Origin: a bacterium
GTDB lineage: Bacteria; Electryoneota; Electryoneia; Electryoneales; Electryoneaceae
Length of the DNA: 64,000 bases
Direction: 5' to 3'
NCBI GenBank assembly: GCA_963675295.2
Contig: CAXXKJ010000002.1
Coordinates: 2,368,001-2,432,000, forward strand
The translations under genes and the position numbers were made by a program. Positions 27,445 through 38,384 of the stretch are shown here, piece by piece. The stretch's first letter is position 1. Every line of letters begins with the position of its first letter. The notes beneath the pieces were generated by a model, which ran no database searches, was not told where the DNA came from, and saw only the letters and a list, made by a program, of their open reading frames with translations.

Positions 27445-28704
27445 TTACTTCTTCGTCCAACCCTCGGCGAGGTGCAAGATGACTTCCACCGCCTTGAGCA
27501 GGCTGGATTCGGCGACCCATTCCTTGCGGCTGTGGAAGAGCAGGCCGCCGGCGAAAATGTTCGGCGTCGGGTGGCCGAGCTGGGTCAGGCGCGCTCCGTC
27601 GGTGCCGCCACGGATCGCCTTGCGATGCACCGTGAGGCCGGTCTTTTCGATCGCTTCATGGGCGATGTCGACCACTTCCGGGGTTTCGCGCACGATGTCG
27701 CGCATGTTCTGGTACTGGTGCTTCACCTCGAGCTTGATTTCGAGGCCGGGGTGACGCGCTTCGAACAGCTTCGCGAGCTGTTCCATGTACTCGACACGCT
27801 TTTTGTTGCCCTCTTCCTCGAAGTCACGGACGATGAAGTAGGCCGACGCGTTCTCGAAGTCGCCCTTGACGCTGACAGTGTGGATAAAGCCTTCGCGCAG
27901 CTCAGTGTGTTCCGGGGTTTCCCATTCCGGCAGGGCGGCGACGTAGCGTGCGGCGGTCGCGGCGGCGTTGATCATCTTGTTCTTCGCGTAGCCGGGGTGC
28001 ACGCCGACACCCTTGACGACCACGTTCACGCCCCACGCGTCAAAGTTTTCGTCCTCGAGCTCACCCGGGTAGCCGCCATCGAAGGTGTAGCAGAACTTCG
28101 GCAGCCAGTCCTCGTCGATCTTGACTGTGCCGCGGCCGATCTCTTCGTCCGGCGTGAAGCAGACCTTGATTTCACCGTGCGGGAGGTCCGGGAATTTCTT
28201 GAAGGTGGCCATCGCGGCCATGATCTCGGCGACACCGGCCTTGTCGTCCGCGGACAGCAGCGTCTTGCCGGAGGCGGTGATGATCGTATCGCCGATGAAT
28301 TCCTTCAATTCCGGAGAGTCGGCCTGGCTGAGGGTCAGTTCCGGATCGTCCGGGTAGGTGATGGTCCCGCCGTCGTAATTCTCGATCCGTCGCGGCTTCA
28401 CATTGTCGCCCGGTTGATCCGGGGACGCGTCCACATGCGCAAGCAGGCCGAAGACCGGCGCGTTCTTGCCGGCGTCATTGGCGGGCAGGGTGGCGTACAC
28501 GTAGCAGTGTTCGCTGAGGTGAACATCCGCCATGCCGAGGTCACGGCACTCCTTTTCGAGCATGCGGGCGAGATCCCACTGGCGCTCGGTGGACGGGGTG
28601 TCCGTTTCATTCTCCGGATCGGAAGTGGTCCAGACCTGCACATAGCGGAGGAAGTTTTCGCGCACCTGGTCCATCATGAACCGGCGCATCTCATCGGTAA
28701 TCAT
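27445..28704 (-). CDS. pepT: Peptidase T (M20B tripeptidase)
   Basis: AHVD, LLSADDKAG, FTPDEEIGRG, HPGYAKNKMINA, IRGGTDG. Confidence 0.96.
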   Translation of the reverse strand: MITDEMRRFMMDQVRENFLRYVQVWTTSDPENETDTPSTERQWDLARMLEKECRDLGMADVHLSEHCYVYATLPANDAGKNAPVFGLLAHVDASPDQPGDNVKPRRIENYDGGTITYPDDPELTLSQADSPELKEFIGDTIITASGKTLLSADDKAGVAEIMAAMATFKKFPDLPHGEIKVCFTPDEEIGRGTVKIDEDWLPKFCYTFDGGYPGELEDENFDAWGVNVVVKGVGVHPGYAKNKMINAAATAARYVAALPEWETPEHTELREGFIHTVSVKGDFENASAYFIVRDFEEEGNKKRVEYMEQLAKLFEARHPGLEIKLEVKHQYQNMRDIVRETPEVVDIAHEAIEKTGLTVHRKAIRGGTDGARLTQLGHPTPNIFAGGLLFHSRKEWVAESSLLKAVEVILHLAEGWTKK

Positions 28705-28836
28705 CGTTCAGCTCCCAAGTCTCAGGAATGTTGGTAAGAGTCATGAAGATAGGGGGGAGAACGGGGGGCGGCAAGCTCAGGGAAACCCCTCTCAAGGTAG
28801 GAGAATCCATCAGCAGCCAAAGTCTAAGCGGTTCGT

Positions 28837-29034
28837 TCAGTTGCGAATCCTGTTGCGCAGGATGATGGTGGCAATCAGGACAAGCGCGGCGAAGATGATC
28901 CAGCGGACGGCAATAAGCGGTAGGGCGGATGCGTTCTGCACTGCGGGGATCATGGTGATCACGTCTGCCAGAAACATGCAGACCAAACCGACAAGCAGGC
29001 CGGTCCAGATTCCGCGTTTGGCTTGAGGGTTCAT
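28837..29034 (-). CDS. Small hypothetical membrane protein (2 TM)
   Basis: Two hydrophobic helices; GAGG RBS; follows mgtE. Confidence 0.55.
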   Translation of the reverse strand: MNPQAKRGIWTGLLVGLVCMFLADVITMIPAVQNASALPLIAVRWIIFAALVLIATIILRNRIRN

Positions 29035-29068
29035 CAGTAGCCTCATGTATGATAACTCAGTGGTCGTA

Positions 29069-30451
29069 TTACCCCGCCAGCATCGCGCTGGTGATGAGCA
29101 GGTAGATGGTGAGGCCGACGACATCGTTTGTCATGGTGATGAAGGGACCGGCGGCCAATGCGGGGTCCTGGTTCAGTTTTTTCAGGACGAATGGAGTAAA
29201 CGATCCGACGAGGGCGGAGACGATCACCACCGAAATCAGCGACAGGGAAATGGCAATTCCGGTAATCCAGACACCCTTCCAGAAGAACACCATCAGCAGC
29301 AGCAGCAGTGCCAGCACGAGCCCGTTCATGGCGGCGACGAGCACCTCACGGCCGACACGTCCGAACGCCCGGCTGGCGTTGATCTCACCAGTTGCAAGAC
29401 CACGCACGACGATGGTTGATGACTGAATCCCGACGTTGCCGGCGACGGCGATGATCACCGGGATGAAGAAGGCGATGATGATAATGCTCGCGAGGGATTC
29501 CTCGAAGCGTGAGATCACAAGCGCGCCGAACAGCTCACCGATGAATGCGATCACCAGCCACGGCAGGCGTGCTTTCAACGCGTTGAACAGGTTACGCTCG
29601 AGGACTTCTTCCTCGCCCGTACCGGCCATGTAGGCGATGTCTTCCTCGGCCTCTTCCTGCATGACATCGACGATATCGTCAATCGTGATGCGCCCGATGA
29701 GGCGGTGTTCCTCATCGACAACCGGTGCGGAGATGAGGTCGTAGCGGCTGAAGACCTGGGCGACTTCTTCCTGGTCGGTGTCGCGCTGGATGACGATCAT
29801 CTCTTCGTCGAGGATCTCGAGCACTGACTGGTTGCGTGGCGCGAGCATCAGGTCGATCAGCGGGATCCGTCCCTTGAGGACTCTCTGCCGGTCGATGACG
29901 TAGATGTAGTGAATGTTATCGAGGCCGCGGATTCTGGCGGTGCGGACCATCTCGACGGCATCGTACGCGGTCTTGTTGGCGAAGACGGTGACGACTTCCA
30001 GCGCCATCAAGCCACCGGCGGTGTCCTCTTCGTACGCGAGCAGCTCTTCCAGCTCCTCACGGTCTTTCTTCGCCGAGGCTTCGAGGACACGTTCCCGGGT
30101 GGTTTCGTCGAGTAGCGCGATGATGTCGGTCGCATCGTCCGATTCGAGGTTGTGCAGCACCTCGATGATGCGTTCATCCTCGAGCCGTTCGAGCACCCGT
30201 TCCTGGTCCGGTTCTTCGAGTTCGATGATAACGTCGTGCTGTTCTTCCGGCGATACCATATCGAACACGAAGTTCCGCTCCGTCGAATTCAGCCCGTTCA
30301 TCAGGGCGGCGATTTCGGCGGGGTGGAGCGTACTGAGCAGAGTCCGGACCGGTTCGAAGTTTTCCTCATGCAGGTAGCCGGCGACGACCTTCTGCAGATC
30401 TTCGAGATTCGGGATTGGACCTTTCAGCTGTGCATCCATACCGGAACTCAT
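29069..30451 (-). CDS. mgtE: Magnesium transporter MgtE
   Basis: N-domain, CBS pair (TAGGLM, GRITIDD), RLPWL, AGNVGIQS, DPALAAGPFIT. Confidence 0.95.
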   Translation of the reverse strand: MSSGMDAQLKGPIPNLEDLQKVVAGYLHEENFEPVRTLLSTLHPAEIAALMNGLNSTERNFVFDMVSPEEQHDVIIELEEPDQERVLERLEDERIIEVLHNLESDDATDIIALLDETTRERVLEASAKKDREELEELLAYEEDTAGGLMALEVVTVFANKTAYDAVEMVRTARIRGLDNIHYIYVIDRQRVLKGRIPLIDLMLAPRNQSVLEILDEEMIVIQRDTDQEEVAQVFSRYDLISAPVVDEEHRLIGRITIDDIVDVMQEEAEEDIAYMAGTGEEEVLERNLFNALKARLPWLVIAFIGELFGALVISRFEESLASIIIIAFFIPVIIAVAGNVGIQSSTIVVRGLATGEINASRAFGRVGREVLVAAMNGLVLALLLLLMVFFWKGVWITGIAISLSLISVVIVSALVGSFTPFVLKKLNQDPALAAGPFITMTNDVVGLTIYLLITSAMLAG

Positions 30452-30521
30452 GGGTTAACGTGACGGAACGGGGGAATGTAGCTCGCGAAATGGGCTCAAG
30501 TGCAGAGCCACGTTGAGCAAA

Positions 30522-31556
30522 CTAGCGCTCGTGTTTCGGAGCCAATTGACCGGCGAGCCATGCATAGTCGGCGGCGGACAGGGTTTGAGGGCGGCGTGTC
30601 CAGTCGAACTCGATCCCTTCGATGGGACGCAGGCCGGCGATGCCGGGTACGCTGTTGCGAAGCATCTTGCGGCGTTTCGCGAAGGTGCCTTTGACCAGCC
30701 GCAACAGGGTCGGCCAGTGGTCGACGGGGTGCAGCGGTTCAGGGCTGATGCCCATCGCCAGCAGGCCGGCGTCCACCTTCGGCATCGGCTGAAATACCTC
30801 TTTCGGCACCTGCAACGCCAGTTCCGGCTCACCCCAATAGCGCAGCAGCAGCGACAGGACGCTGGCTTCGCTCGCGCCGGGCTCGGCGGTCAGACGCAGG
30901 GCAACCTCATACTGTAGCAGGATGACAATTCGGCTGATAAGAGCAGGATGAGTGCGAAATTCCTCGAGAAACTTGAAGATAAGCGAGGAAGTAATGTTAT
31001 AGGGAAGATTTCCGACGACGCGAAATGACTCGCCATTCGTGATTTCGGACAGTTTGGTTTTCATCACGTCAGCGTGAATGACCGTCAGCCGGTCATGGTC
31101 GGGCCAGCGTTCAGCGAGCAGGTCGACCATGCGGCGGTCGATTTCGAGGGCGACGACACGGTAACCGTTGTCGAGCAGGACCTCGGTCAGTGCGCCGGTG
31201 CCGGGTCCGATTTCGACGACAAGATCGCCCTCGGAGGCACGCAGGGCTGCTGCGATCGCGCGGGTGGTGTCGGGATCAACGAGCCAGTTCTGGCCGAGCG
31301 ACTTTTTCGTCGGAGGCAGGCCGCCGTGTTTACGGGTGTAGCCGATCGGGGAGGCGAGGCGTTCACGCGGATCTTCCTCTTCGATCGCGCTGCCGGCGGT
31401 GCGCATCCCGGCGAGCACGCGTTCCAGTTCTTCCGGCGACATGACGGATTCGCCTTCTGGTTCGGGAGATCCGCCGAAATCGCCGTGATCCTTGCCCGGA
31501 TCAGGCTTGCTTGAGCGGGACGGCTTCCCGGGATTCTGGTTTCTTGTGGCTGCCAT
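30522..31556 (-). CDS. rsmA: 16S rRNA adenine dimethyltransferase with N-terminal extension
   Basis: KKSLGQNWL, EIGPGTGALT, VGNLPYNI, RRKMLRN; start uncertain. Confidence 0.93.
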   Translation of the reverse strand: MAATRNQNPGKPSRSSKPDPGKDHGDFGGSPEPEGESVMSPEELERVLAGMRTAGSAIEEEDPRERLASPIGYTRKHGGLPPTKKSLGQNWLVDPDTTRAIAAALRASEGDLVVEIGPGTGALTEVLLDNGYRVVALEIDRRMVDLLAERWPDHDRLTVIHADVMKTKLSEITNGESFRVVGNLPYNITSSLIFKFLEEFRTHPALISRIVILLQYEVALRLTAEPGASEASVLSLLLRYWGEPELALQVPKEVFQPMPKVDAGLLAMGISPEPLHPVDHWPTLLRLVKGTFAKRRKMLRNSVPGIAGLRPIEGIEFDWTRRPQTLSAADYAWLAGQLAPKHER

Positions 31557-31646
31557 GGCGGGGAAGATACCGGCGGGCACGCTTTGGGTCAAGGAATGAT
31601 TGATGTGTGGGGAATTGAACAGGGGTACGGATTTGGAGTTTAAGGC

Positions 31647-31675
31647 TTGACATTGTGAATGGACCTGACTAGTTT
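31647..31675 (+). promoter_or_regulatory. Sigma70-like promoter for rho
   Basis: TTGACA-17 nt-TAGTTT about 300 nt upstream of rho. Confidence 0.6.
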
Positions 31676-31977
31676 CCTTGCAGAACGGGCGCTGCACGTT
31701 GTTTCGCGTTTTCCCCTCAGGGCCAGTTCACCTAAACCGTCCCAGGTCAACACGGAATCCGTTACCCACGTACCGTGTATTCTCGATGACGATAAATGCC
31801 CGAACCGGATACGTCCGGTGATCGCTCCGTTTTTGATTGTTCGACTAGATAATATCCCGGTCTACGAACCAGGAAACAACATGCTGGGTCCGTATCCAAT
31901 CGGATACAAAACCTGCCTGAACTACTACCCGCTCATGAAGAACAACCGCTGTTCTACCACCTCTGGAGGAGCATCTC

Positions 31978-33234
31978 GTGCCGCTTGAGATCGCTGAGTT
32001 AAACAAAATGAAAATCGAAGAGCTGAATAAACGGGCTCGTGACCTCGGTGTCGAGGGGTACAGCGGGTTTCCGCGGAAGCAGCTCATTTTCAAGATTCTC
32101 GAAAGCCAGGCGCAGAAGGAAGGCCTGATTTTCGGGAGCGGCGTGCTGGAAATTCTGCCTGACGGGTATGGATTCCTGCGCAACGCCTCATCGAACTATG
32201 TGCCGGGGCCGGACGACATTTATGTCAGCCCGTCCCAGATCAAGCGTTTCGGCTTGCGCAAGGGGCACATTGTCGCGGGGCAGATCCGACCGCCGAAGGA
32301 GAACGAGCGTTTCTTCGCGCTGCTCAAGGTGGAGGCGGTGAACTTTGAATCTCCGGAACGAGTTCGCGATTCGATCCTGTTCCAGAACCTGACCCCGCTG
32401 CATCCCGACGAGCGCATCCGTCTCGAGTACAATCCCCGCGATATTTCAACCCGCATCATTGACATGTTCACGCCGGTCGGCAAGGGCCAGCGTGGGTTGA
32501 TCGTCGCGCCGCCACGTACGGGTAAGACGGTTCTATTGCAGGAGATCGCTCACGCGATTGAAGCGAACCATCCGGAGATTTACCTGATCGTGCTACTGAT
32601 CGATGAGCGTCCGGAAGAAGTCACCGACTTCCAGCGGAACATCAAGAGCGAAGTGATTTCGTCCACGTTTGACGAGAAGCCGGAACGCCACATCCAGGTG
32701 TCCAGCATGGTCAGCGAGATGGCGAAGCGGTTGGTCGAACACGGCCGCGACGTGGTCATCCTGCTCGACAGTATCACTCGTCTCGCACGTGCGCACAACA
32801 CCGTCGCCCCGCACTCGGGCCGGATTCTGTCCGGTGGTGTGGACGCGACCGCGTTGCACGAACCGAAGAAATTCTTCGGCGCCGCGCGTAATATTGAAAA
32901 TGGCGGTTCGTTGACCATCCTCGCGACGGCGTTGATCGAGACCGGTTCGCGCATGGATGAAGTCATTTTCGAAGAGTTCAAGGGCACGGGCAACATGGAG
33001 CTGGCGCTCGACCGCAAGCTCAGTGACGCCCGCATCTACCCGGCACTCGACATTAACCGCAGCGGCACGCGCAAGGAAGAGCGCATTCTCGACGAACACG
33101 TGCTCAACCGTGTCTGGATCCTGCGCAACATGCTCAGCGATTACAGCCCAATGGACACGATGAAGTTCCTCCGTGACAAGGTGCGTAACTCCGACAACAA
33201 TGAGGAATTCCTCGGCAGCATGTCGAAGTCGTAA
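31978..33234 (+). CDS. rho: Transcription termination factor Rho
   Basis: [51 protein letters not shown]. Confidence 0.98.
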   Translation: MPLEIAELNKMKIEELNKRARDLGVEGYSGFPRKQLIFKILESQAQKEGLIFGSGVLEILPDGYGFLRNASSNYVPGPDDIYVSPSQIKRFGLRKGHIVAGQIRPPKENERFFALLKVEAVNFESPERVRDSILFQNLTPLHPDERIRLEYNPRDISTRIIDMFTPVGKGQRGLIVAPPRTGKTVLLQEIAHAIEANHPEIYLIVLLIDERPEEVTDFQRNIKSEVISSTFDEKPERHIQVSSMVSEMAKRLVEHGRDVVILLDSITRLARAHNTVAPHSGRILSGGVDATALHEPKKFFGAARNIENGGSLTILATALIETGSRMDEVIFEEFKGTGNMELALDRKLSDARIYPALDINRSGTRKEERILDEHVLNRVWILRNMLSDYSPMDTMKFLRDKVRNSDNNEEFLGSMSKS

Positions 33235-33274
33235 CTCCGATTGCTTTTTCGCCCAGGGAACGGCGTAGCATAAG

Positions 33275-33308
33275 AACAGGCCATTTCAGCGATGAAATGG
33301 CCTGTTTT
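33275..33308. terminator. Intrinsic terminator after rho (likely bidirectional)
   Basis: AACAGGCCATTTCA-GCGA-TGAAATGGCCTGTT followed by TT. Confidence 0.8.
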
Positions 33309-33438
33309 GTATCTGCGAAACTGGGATTCCTACCCGCAAACGGCAGTCATGACACCCGACTTGGAAATACACGCCAAGTCGGGCGAGGCAATCCGTGGAT
33401 TCCCTGGTTCAGAGTGTGGTATCGAGGAGTTTCGCGGT

Positions 33439-34533
33439 TCAGTCGGGTGTTTCGGACGAGGTTTTTGCGGTGCGGACGATATCGCTGAACTTGAGCCGCA
33501 TCGCGAACAGGCTGATCACTCCCCAGAGGGTCAGCGTGAGGTAGTTCATCGCGTGCATCACGGTGGCGAAGATGACGCCCATGCCTTCCGGAACGTCGAA
33601 CCACGACAGGCCGAGCAGGACCGCCGCGTGATAGGTGCCGACACCACCCGGAGCGGAAGGGATCGCAAAGCCGAGCGAGGTGATGACCGTCATCGCTGCC
33701 GCCGGCATCCATGCCTGCCCGGCGAGGGCGGGGTAGGTGCCGTTGGTCAGCTGGAACGCGTCGAGTACGAGTTTCATCGTGGCGATGTAGCAGACCCAGA
33801 GCGCCAGGGTCGACCACAGTACATGGATCATTGCCATCGGCGACTTCAACACTGACAGGCCTTCGACAAGGCTGAGCACCGTTTCGCCGATCTTACGCAC
33901 GACCTTCCCACGTTTTGCGATTGCCTGGTGCCAGCGTGTCAAACGATCCACAGATTTTGCGAGCAAAAGCGATACGACCAGCACGAGCAGCACGCCACCC
34001 GCGAAGCTGAGTCCGACAGTCTGCAGCCAGTCCGGAAACGGGAAGAGGAAGGTGACGACGCCGAACACGATCCCAAGTCCGGCCATGTCAAAGACTCGTT
34101 CGGCGACAACGGTGGTCAAGACTGCCGCGCGGGAGACGCCGGACCGTTGCGCGACAATCACGGCGCGCAGCAGTTCGCCGGCCCGGAGCGGGAGCACGTT
34201 GTTCAGCAGATAGCCGACGTTGACGCCGTGAAACACGGTCCAATACGGTGCCGGGCCGATCTGGTTGATGATCAGTTGCCAGCGCCAGGAGCGCAGAAAC
34301 AGGGTGGCCATCAGCAGCAGGACGCCGAGCAGGGCAGGGGTGAGGTTGAGCGACGACCAGGCGGTGTGCAGGTCGGCGAGACCGATGCGCGAGTCCCCGA
34401 ACAAGGCGTCGAGCAGGCCGAGTTCACCCGTGAAGAATTTCCCAAGATGAGGGCTGAAAAGGACGAGGTAGACGAGGACGATGCTGATCGCGAACCCGAT
34501 CAGCGGTTGCAGTCGCTTCAGCAGACGTTTCAT
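33439..34533 (-). CDS. Lysylphosphatidylglycerol-synthase TM / flippase-like (UPF0104) membrane protein
   Basis: RSWRW, NNVLPLRAGELLR, ERVFD, PSAPGGVGTYH. Confidence 0.87.
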   Translation of the reverse strand: MKRLLKRLQPLIGFAISIVLVYLVLFSPHLGKFFTGELGLLDALFGDSRIGLADLHTAWSSLNLTPALLGVLLLMATLFLRSWRWQLIINQIGPAPYWTVFHGVNVGYLLNNVLPLRAGELLRAVIVAQRSGVSRAAVLTTVVAERVFDMAGLGIVFGVVTFLFPFPDWLQTVGLSFAGGVLLVLVVSLLLAKSVDRLTRWHQAIAKRGKVVRKIGETVLSLVEGLSVLKSPMAMIHVLWSTLALWVCYIATMKLVLDAFQLTNGTYPALAGQAWMPAAAMTVITSLGFAIPSAPGGVGTYHAAVLLGLSWFDVPEGMGVIFATVMHAMNYLTLTLWGVISLFAMRLKFSDIVRTAKTSSETPD

Positions 34534-35186
34534 CGTAAATCAAACACGGTCGCGCTCTCCGGCGGCGTGTACTGAAACCGTGAATCCTCGAGTTGGACGT
34601 TCATTTCGACGTCGGTCAGCTGGTACACGGTCTGGTTGCCGGCATCATCGCGGAACGAGATCCGTTGGGTGATCCAGCGTGTGCCGTCAATGGTGACGGT
34701 GACATCGCTGACACCCAGTCCCTGTTGCTTTGGGGATAAGGTCAGTTCGTAAACATCCTCGCTGGTCTGTTTGACCGCGGCGACGTTGAACTGTTTCGGG
34801 AAATCGAACAGGAAGTCGCGTGGCAGGGAACCGGGATCGGCCTCGGCAGCGTTCTCGACAATCGCCTGGTCGCTGCCGGTGTTGTAGCGCCACAGGGTGT
34901 TGCCGTCGCAGGCAACGACCTGGTGGTCAGTCTGGTAAAGGAAACGGTCATCCCCGGCGAGCAGCATTGAACCTTCGCTGACCTCGGTTTCACCCGCCAG
35001 TCCCCACTGGAATTCCTGCCGGAAGGAGGCGGAGAAGGTGTCCATCTTCTCGTAGGTTTTCTGCACCTTGCGTATGATCTCGTCGCCGGACGGTGGCTTG
35101 GCAACGCTGGAGGAAATCGCGCTGAACGTGGCGAGGGCCACGGCCAGCAGTGTGACGACAACGCGGTGCGCACGTGTGGTTTTCAT
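34530..35186 (-). CDS. lolA: Outer-membrane lipoprotein carrier protein LolA
   Basis: Signal peptide, FSASFRQ, DGNTLWRY, FQYTPP..VFDLR; downstream of ftsK. Confidence 0.85.
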   Translation of the reverse strand: MKTTRAHRVVVTLLAVALATFSAISSSVAKPPSGDEIIRKVQKTYEKMDTFSASFRQEFQWGLAGETEVSEGSMLLAGDDRFLYQTDHQVVACDGNTLWRYNTGSDQAIVENAAEADPGSLPRDFLFDFPKQFNVAAVKQTSEDVYELTLSPKQQGLGVSDVTVTIDGTRWITQRISFRDDAGNQTVYQLTDVEMNVQLEDSRFQYTPPESATVFDLR

Positions 35187-35196
35187 GCCGCCATCC

Positions 35197-37614
35197 TCAC
35201 TCGGATTCGCCTTCCAGATTGATCAGGAACGAATCCACCTGGTCTTCGCTGATGTAGACTTCACGGGCCTTGGAGCCTTCGAACGGGCCGACGACGCCGG
35301 CCATCTCGAGCTGGTCGAGCAGGCGTCCCGCGCGGCTGTAGCCGATCTTCAGCCGACGCTGCAGCAACGATACGGACCCTTGCTGGTGACGCGCTACGAC
35401 TTTCACCCCTTCGGGGAACAAAGGATCCCGGTCGCCGGCGAGGTCGCCTCCGCCGCCGGATCCGCCGCCTTCTTCTTCCGGCGACTTCAGTTCAACCTGC
35501 TTGACGAACGCCGGTTGCTTGCGCACATGCGCGATCAACTTGTGGACTTCATCGGTTGAGATGAATGCCCCGTGGAAGCGGATCGGTGTCGGGGACGCGT
35601 TGGACAGGAACAAACCATCGCCGCTGCCGAGCAGTTTTTCCGCGCCAGCCCGGTCGAGGATGGTGCGGCTGTCGATCTTGGACGCGACCATGAACGCGAT
35701 CCGTGCCGGGAAATTGGCTTTGATCACGCCGGTGATGACGTCCACGGATGGGCGTTGCGTCGCGACGATCAGGTGTATCCCGACGGCGCGTGCCATCTGC
35801 GCAAGACGGGCGATCGGTTCCTCGACCTCGCGCGCGGCGACGATCATCAGGTCGGCGAGTTCGTCGATGATGACCACGATGTGCGGCAGCGGCTTCAACG
35901 GTTCGTTGTCGCCATTTCCGTTACCGTTGCCGTCGTCGCCATTCCCATTGTCCTTCGCTTCCTTGAGCCGGTCCTGCACGATCTTGTTGAACTCTTTCAG
36001 GTTGCGCGCGCCGGTTTCGGCGAGCAGATCGTAGCGGCGTTCCATCTCGAGCACGACGGATTGCAGCAACGCGACGGCGTTCTTCGGCTCGGTGGCGATG
36101 ACCTCGTTCAACGCTTCGAGGAACAGCAGGTGATGGCGTCGAAGCTCGGAATAGGCGCTGAGTTCGATCTTCTTCGGGTCGATCATCACCAGCTGGACTT
36201 CGTCCGGCCGGTTGCGCATCAGAATGCTGGCGATAACGGTGTTGATGCAGACCGATTTACCGGAACCGGTGGTCCCGGCGATCATCAGGTGCGGCATTTT
36301 GCCGAGGTCGACGATGAGTTCGTCCCCCTGCGCCGTCTTGCCGAGGGCGATGGAGAGGGGACGGCGTGTCGAGGCCCACTCGGCGGACTCGATGATGTCT
36401 CGCAGGTAGACGACGTCTGCGCTCTCGTTCGGGACTTCGATCCCGACCGCGCCTGCGCCGGGTATGGGTGCGATGATGCGGACCGCGACGGCGGAGAGGC
36501 TCATCGCGAGGTCGTCCGCGAGGTTCGAGATGCGGCTGACTTTAACGCCCTTGGACGGCCGCAGGTCATAGCGTGTGATGACTGGGCCGGGGTGGATCGC
36601 GACGACATTGGCCGCGACGCCGTAATCGCTGAGGCGTTCCTCGAGTTCCTTTGCCCGGCTGCGGAGCTCGTTCTCGTCCCACTCGACTTCGCCCGTGTCT
36701 TCCGAGGCAACCAGCAGCTCGGAGGAGGGGAGGACAAAGTCCTCGGGACGGGCCTTCGGGTCGCCATTCAAATCCTTCGGACCGGTCTTTTTGTCGGATT
36801 CTGCTGGTGTTCGCACGATCTCCGGCATGCCCGACTTGAATTCGTCCCAGTCGGCTTCGTCGTCGTCCAGGTCAAGGTCGAGATTGTCCGATGGAGGCGG
36901 ATCGGGCGGAGATTTCTTGCCGGGTGCGACCTTGGGTTCCGGTTTCGGACGGATCTTCGGTTTCGGTTTGCGTTCCGGCAGCTTGATCATGCTCGCGAGC
37001 GCGGCGAGGCCGGCGCCGGTAACATGCAGGATGTCGCCCCAGCTGATGCGGAGCACGAGGGTGATGTGGATCAGTGTCAACGCCGCCAGCAGCAGCGCCG
37101 CGCCGGTGATGCCGAGGAAATTGACCAGCAGGGTTTGCAGCCCGATCCCGATCAGGCCGGTCATCTCGGAGGAGTCGGGCATGCCCTGTACCAGGCGCAC
37201 CCATGACCAGATGGCGACGGCGAGGATGCTCGCGGTGAGGATCGGGAGCAGTTGGCGCTTGAGGATACGCTGCCCTTTGCCGCGCAGCAGATCGAGCCCG
37301 CCGTAGAAAAGGAACAGTGGCAGGATCAGCGACAGGAACCGTCCGAAGGTAAATTCGGAGAGGTAGAAGGCGATGTTCGCTCCGAACGGACCGAGCAGGT
37401 TTTGCACTTCCGATCCGGTGCGGCTACCCTTGGGGAAGTCATGGGCATTGTAGCTGAGCAGCGCGACGGTGATCATCGCCGCGAGAGTGATCAGCACGAT
37501 GCCAAAGACATCCTTGACCCGCGAGCCGTCGGAACCTGATCCCTTTTTGGCTTTCGAGACAGGTTTCTTTTTCGCAGGCTTTCGTTGCGTAGCTTTGGTC
37601 TTCGCTTTCGGCAT
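35197..37614 (-). CDS. ftsK: DNA translocase FtsK
   Basis: 4TM N-domain, PHLMIAGTTGSGKS, IDELADLM, ATQRPS, gamma domain LQRRLKIGYSRA. Confidence 0.97.
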   Translation of the reverse strand: MPKAKTKATQRKPAKKKPVSKAKKGSGSDGSRVKDVFGIVLITLAAMITVALLSYNAHDFPKGSRTGSEVQNLLGPFGANIAFYLSEFTFGRFLSLILPLFLFYGGLDLLRGKGQRILKRQLLPILTASILAVAIWSWVRLVQGMPDSSEMTGLIGIGLQTLLVNFLGITGAALLLAALTLIHITLVLRISWGDILHVTGAGLAALASMIKLPERKPKPKIRPKPEPKVAPGKKSPPDPPPSDNLDLDLDDDEADWDEFKSGMPEIVRTPAESDKKTGPKDLNGDPKARPEDFVLPSSELLVASEDTGEVEWDENELRSRAKELEERLSDYGVAANVVAIHPGPVITRYDLRPSKGVKVSRISNLADDLAMSLSAVAVRIIAPIPGAGAVGIEVPNESADVVYLRDIIESAEWASTRRPLSIALGKTAQGDELIVDLGKMPHLMIAGTTGSGKSVCINTVIASILMRNRPDEVQLVMIDPKKIELSAYSELRRHHLLFLEALNEVIATEPKNAVALLQSVVLEMERRYDLLAETGARNLKEFNKIVQDRLKEAKDNGNGDDGNGNGNGDNEPLKPLPHIVVIIDELADLMIVAAREVEEPIARLAQMARAVGIHLIVATQRPSVDVITGVIKANFPARIAFMVASKIDSRTILDRAGAEKLLGSGDGLFLSNASPTPIRFHGAFISTDEVHKLIAHVRKQPAFVKQVELKSPEEEGGGSGGGGDLAGDRDPLFPEGVKVVARHQQGSVSLLQRRLKIGYSRAGRLLDQLEMAGVVGPFEGSKAREVYISEDQVDSFLINLEGESE

Positions 37615-37743
37615 GGAATCCCAGAGTTGTCCGCGCCTAAGGTAGGGAGACCCTGCTCACCCCGCAAGCAGTGGAACGCTGGTGTGGGTAACCCTGTGAC
37701 AGTCTATATTCCGGACAGGTTTGACGAAACAGAACGTGCACCC

Positions 37744-38328
37744 ATGCGCAGGCATCTGGCAAATGTACTCACATCACTACGGTTCCCGCTGACCGCGTTG
37801 TTCCTGTACGGCTGGCTGCAACCGGAGCCCTACTGGCACCTGACGGCGACGGGAGCGTTTTTCGTTGGCATGCTGACGGACTTCCTCGATGGTCTGATAG
37901 CGCGCCGGATGATGACGGTGAGCAAGGTCGGCAGCTTCCTCGATCCGCTCGCGGACAAGGTGATGGTGGTCGCCGGGTTCTACGCGATCTTCGCGACACC
38001 GGGTTTCGCCTGGGGAGCTTGGAAATTGTGGATCGCGATTGCGCTGGGGCTGATTGTGCTGCGGGAACTGGGGATCACGGTGCTGCGTTCCGTAAAGGTG
38101 CGGTCAGACACGCCGGTTCAAACCTCGTACCTCGGCAAGGTGAAGACGACGGTGCAGATGGTGACATTGATCGTTGCCTTCCTCGGCCTCAACTTGCGTG
38201 AGTTCAGCAGTTTGCAGCTGAGCTGGTTCGAAACCCTGATCGGATTCGGGGTGATTGCGAGTGCCCTGATTGCGACCATCAGCGGCACCATCTACCTGCA
38301 GGGCGCGAAACAGACGAGTACAGTATGA
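37744..38328 (+). CDS. pgsA: CDP-diacylglycerol--glycerol-3-phosphate phosphatidyltransferase
   Basis: TDFLDGLIARR..GSFLDPLADK, GKVKTTVQM. Confidence 0.85.
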   Translation: MRRHLANVLTSLRFPLTALFLYGWLQPEPYWHLTATGAFFVGMLTDFLDGLIARRMMTVSKVGSFLDPLADKVMVVAGFYAIFATPGFAWGAWKLWIAIALGLIVLRELGITVLRSVKVRSDTPVQTSYLGKVKTTVQMVTLIVAFLGLNLREFSSLQLSWFETLIGFGVIASALIATISGTIYLQGAKQTSTV

Positions 38329-38384
38329 CGGTTCACAGAGCTGGACTTCCCACCTGGTTGGTCTCCTTCGTACAAAAATCGAGC

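Noticed and set aside
27879-27887. Perfect DnaA box TGTGGATAA
   Set aside because: Single copy inside pepT; no cluster, including in the AT-rich 53940-54255 spacer
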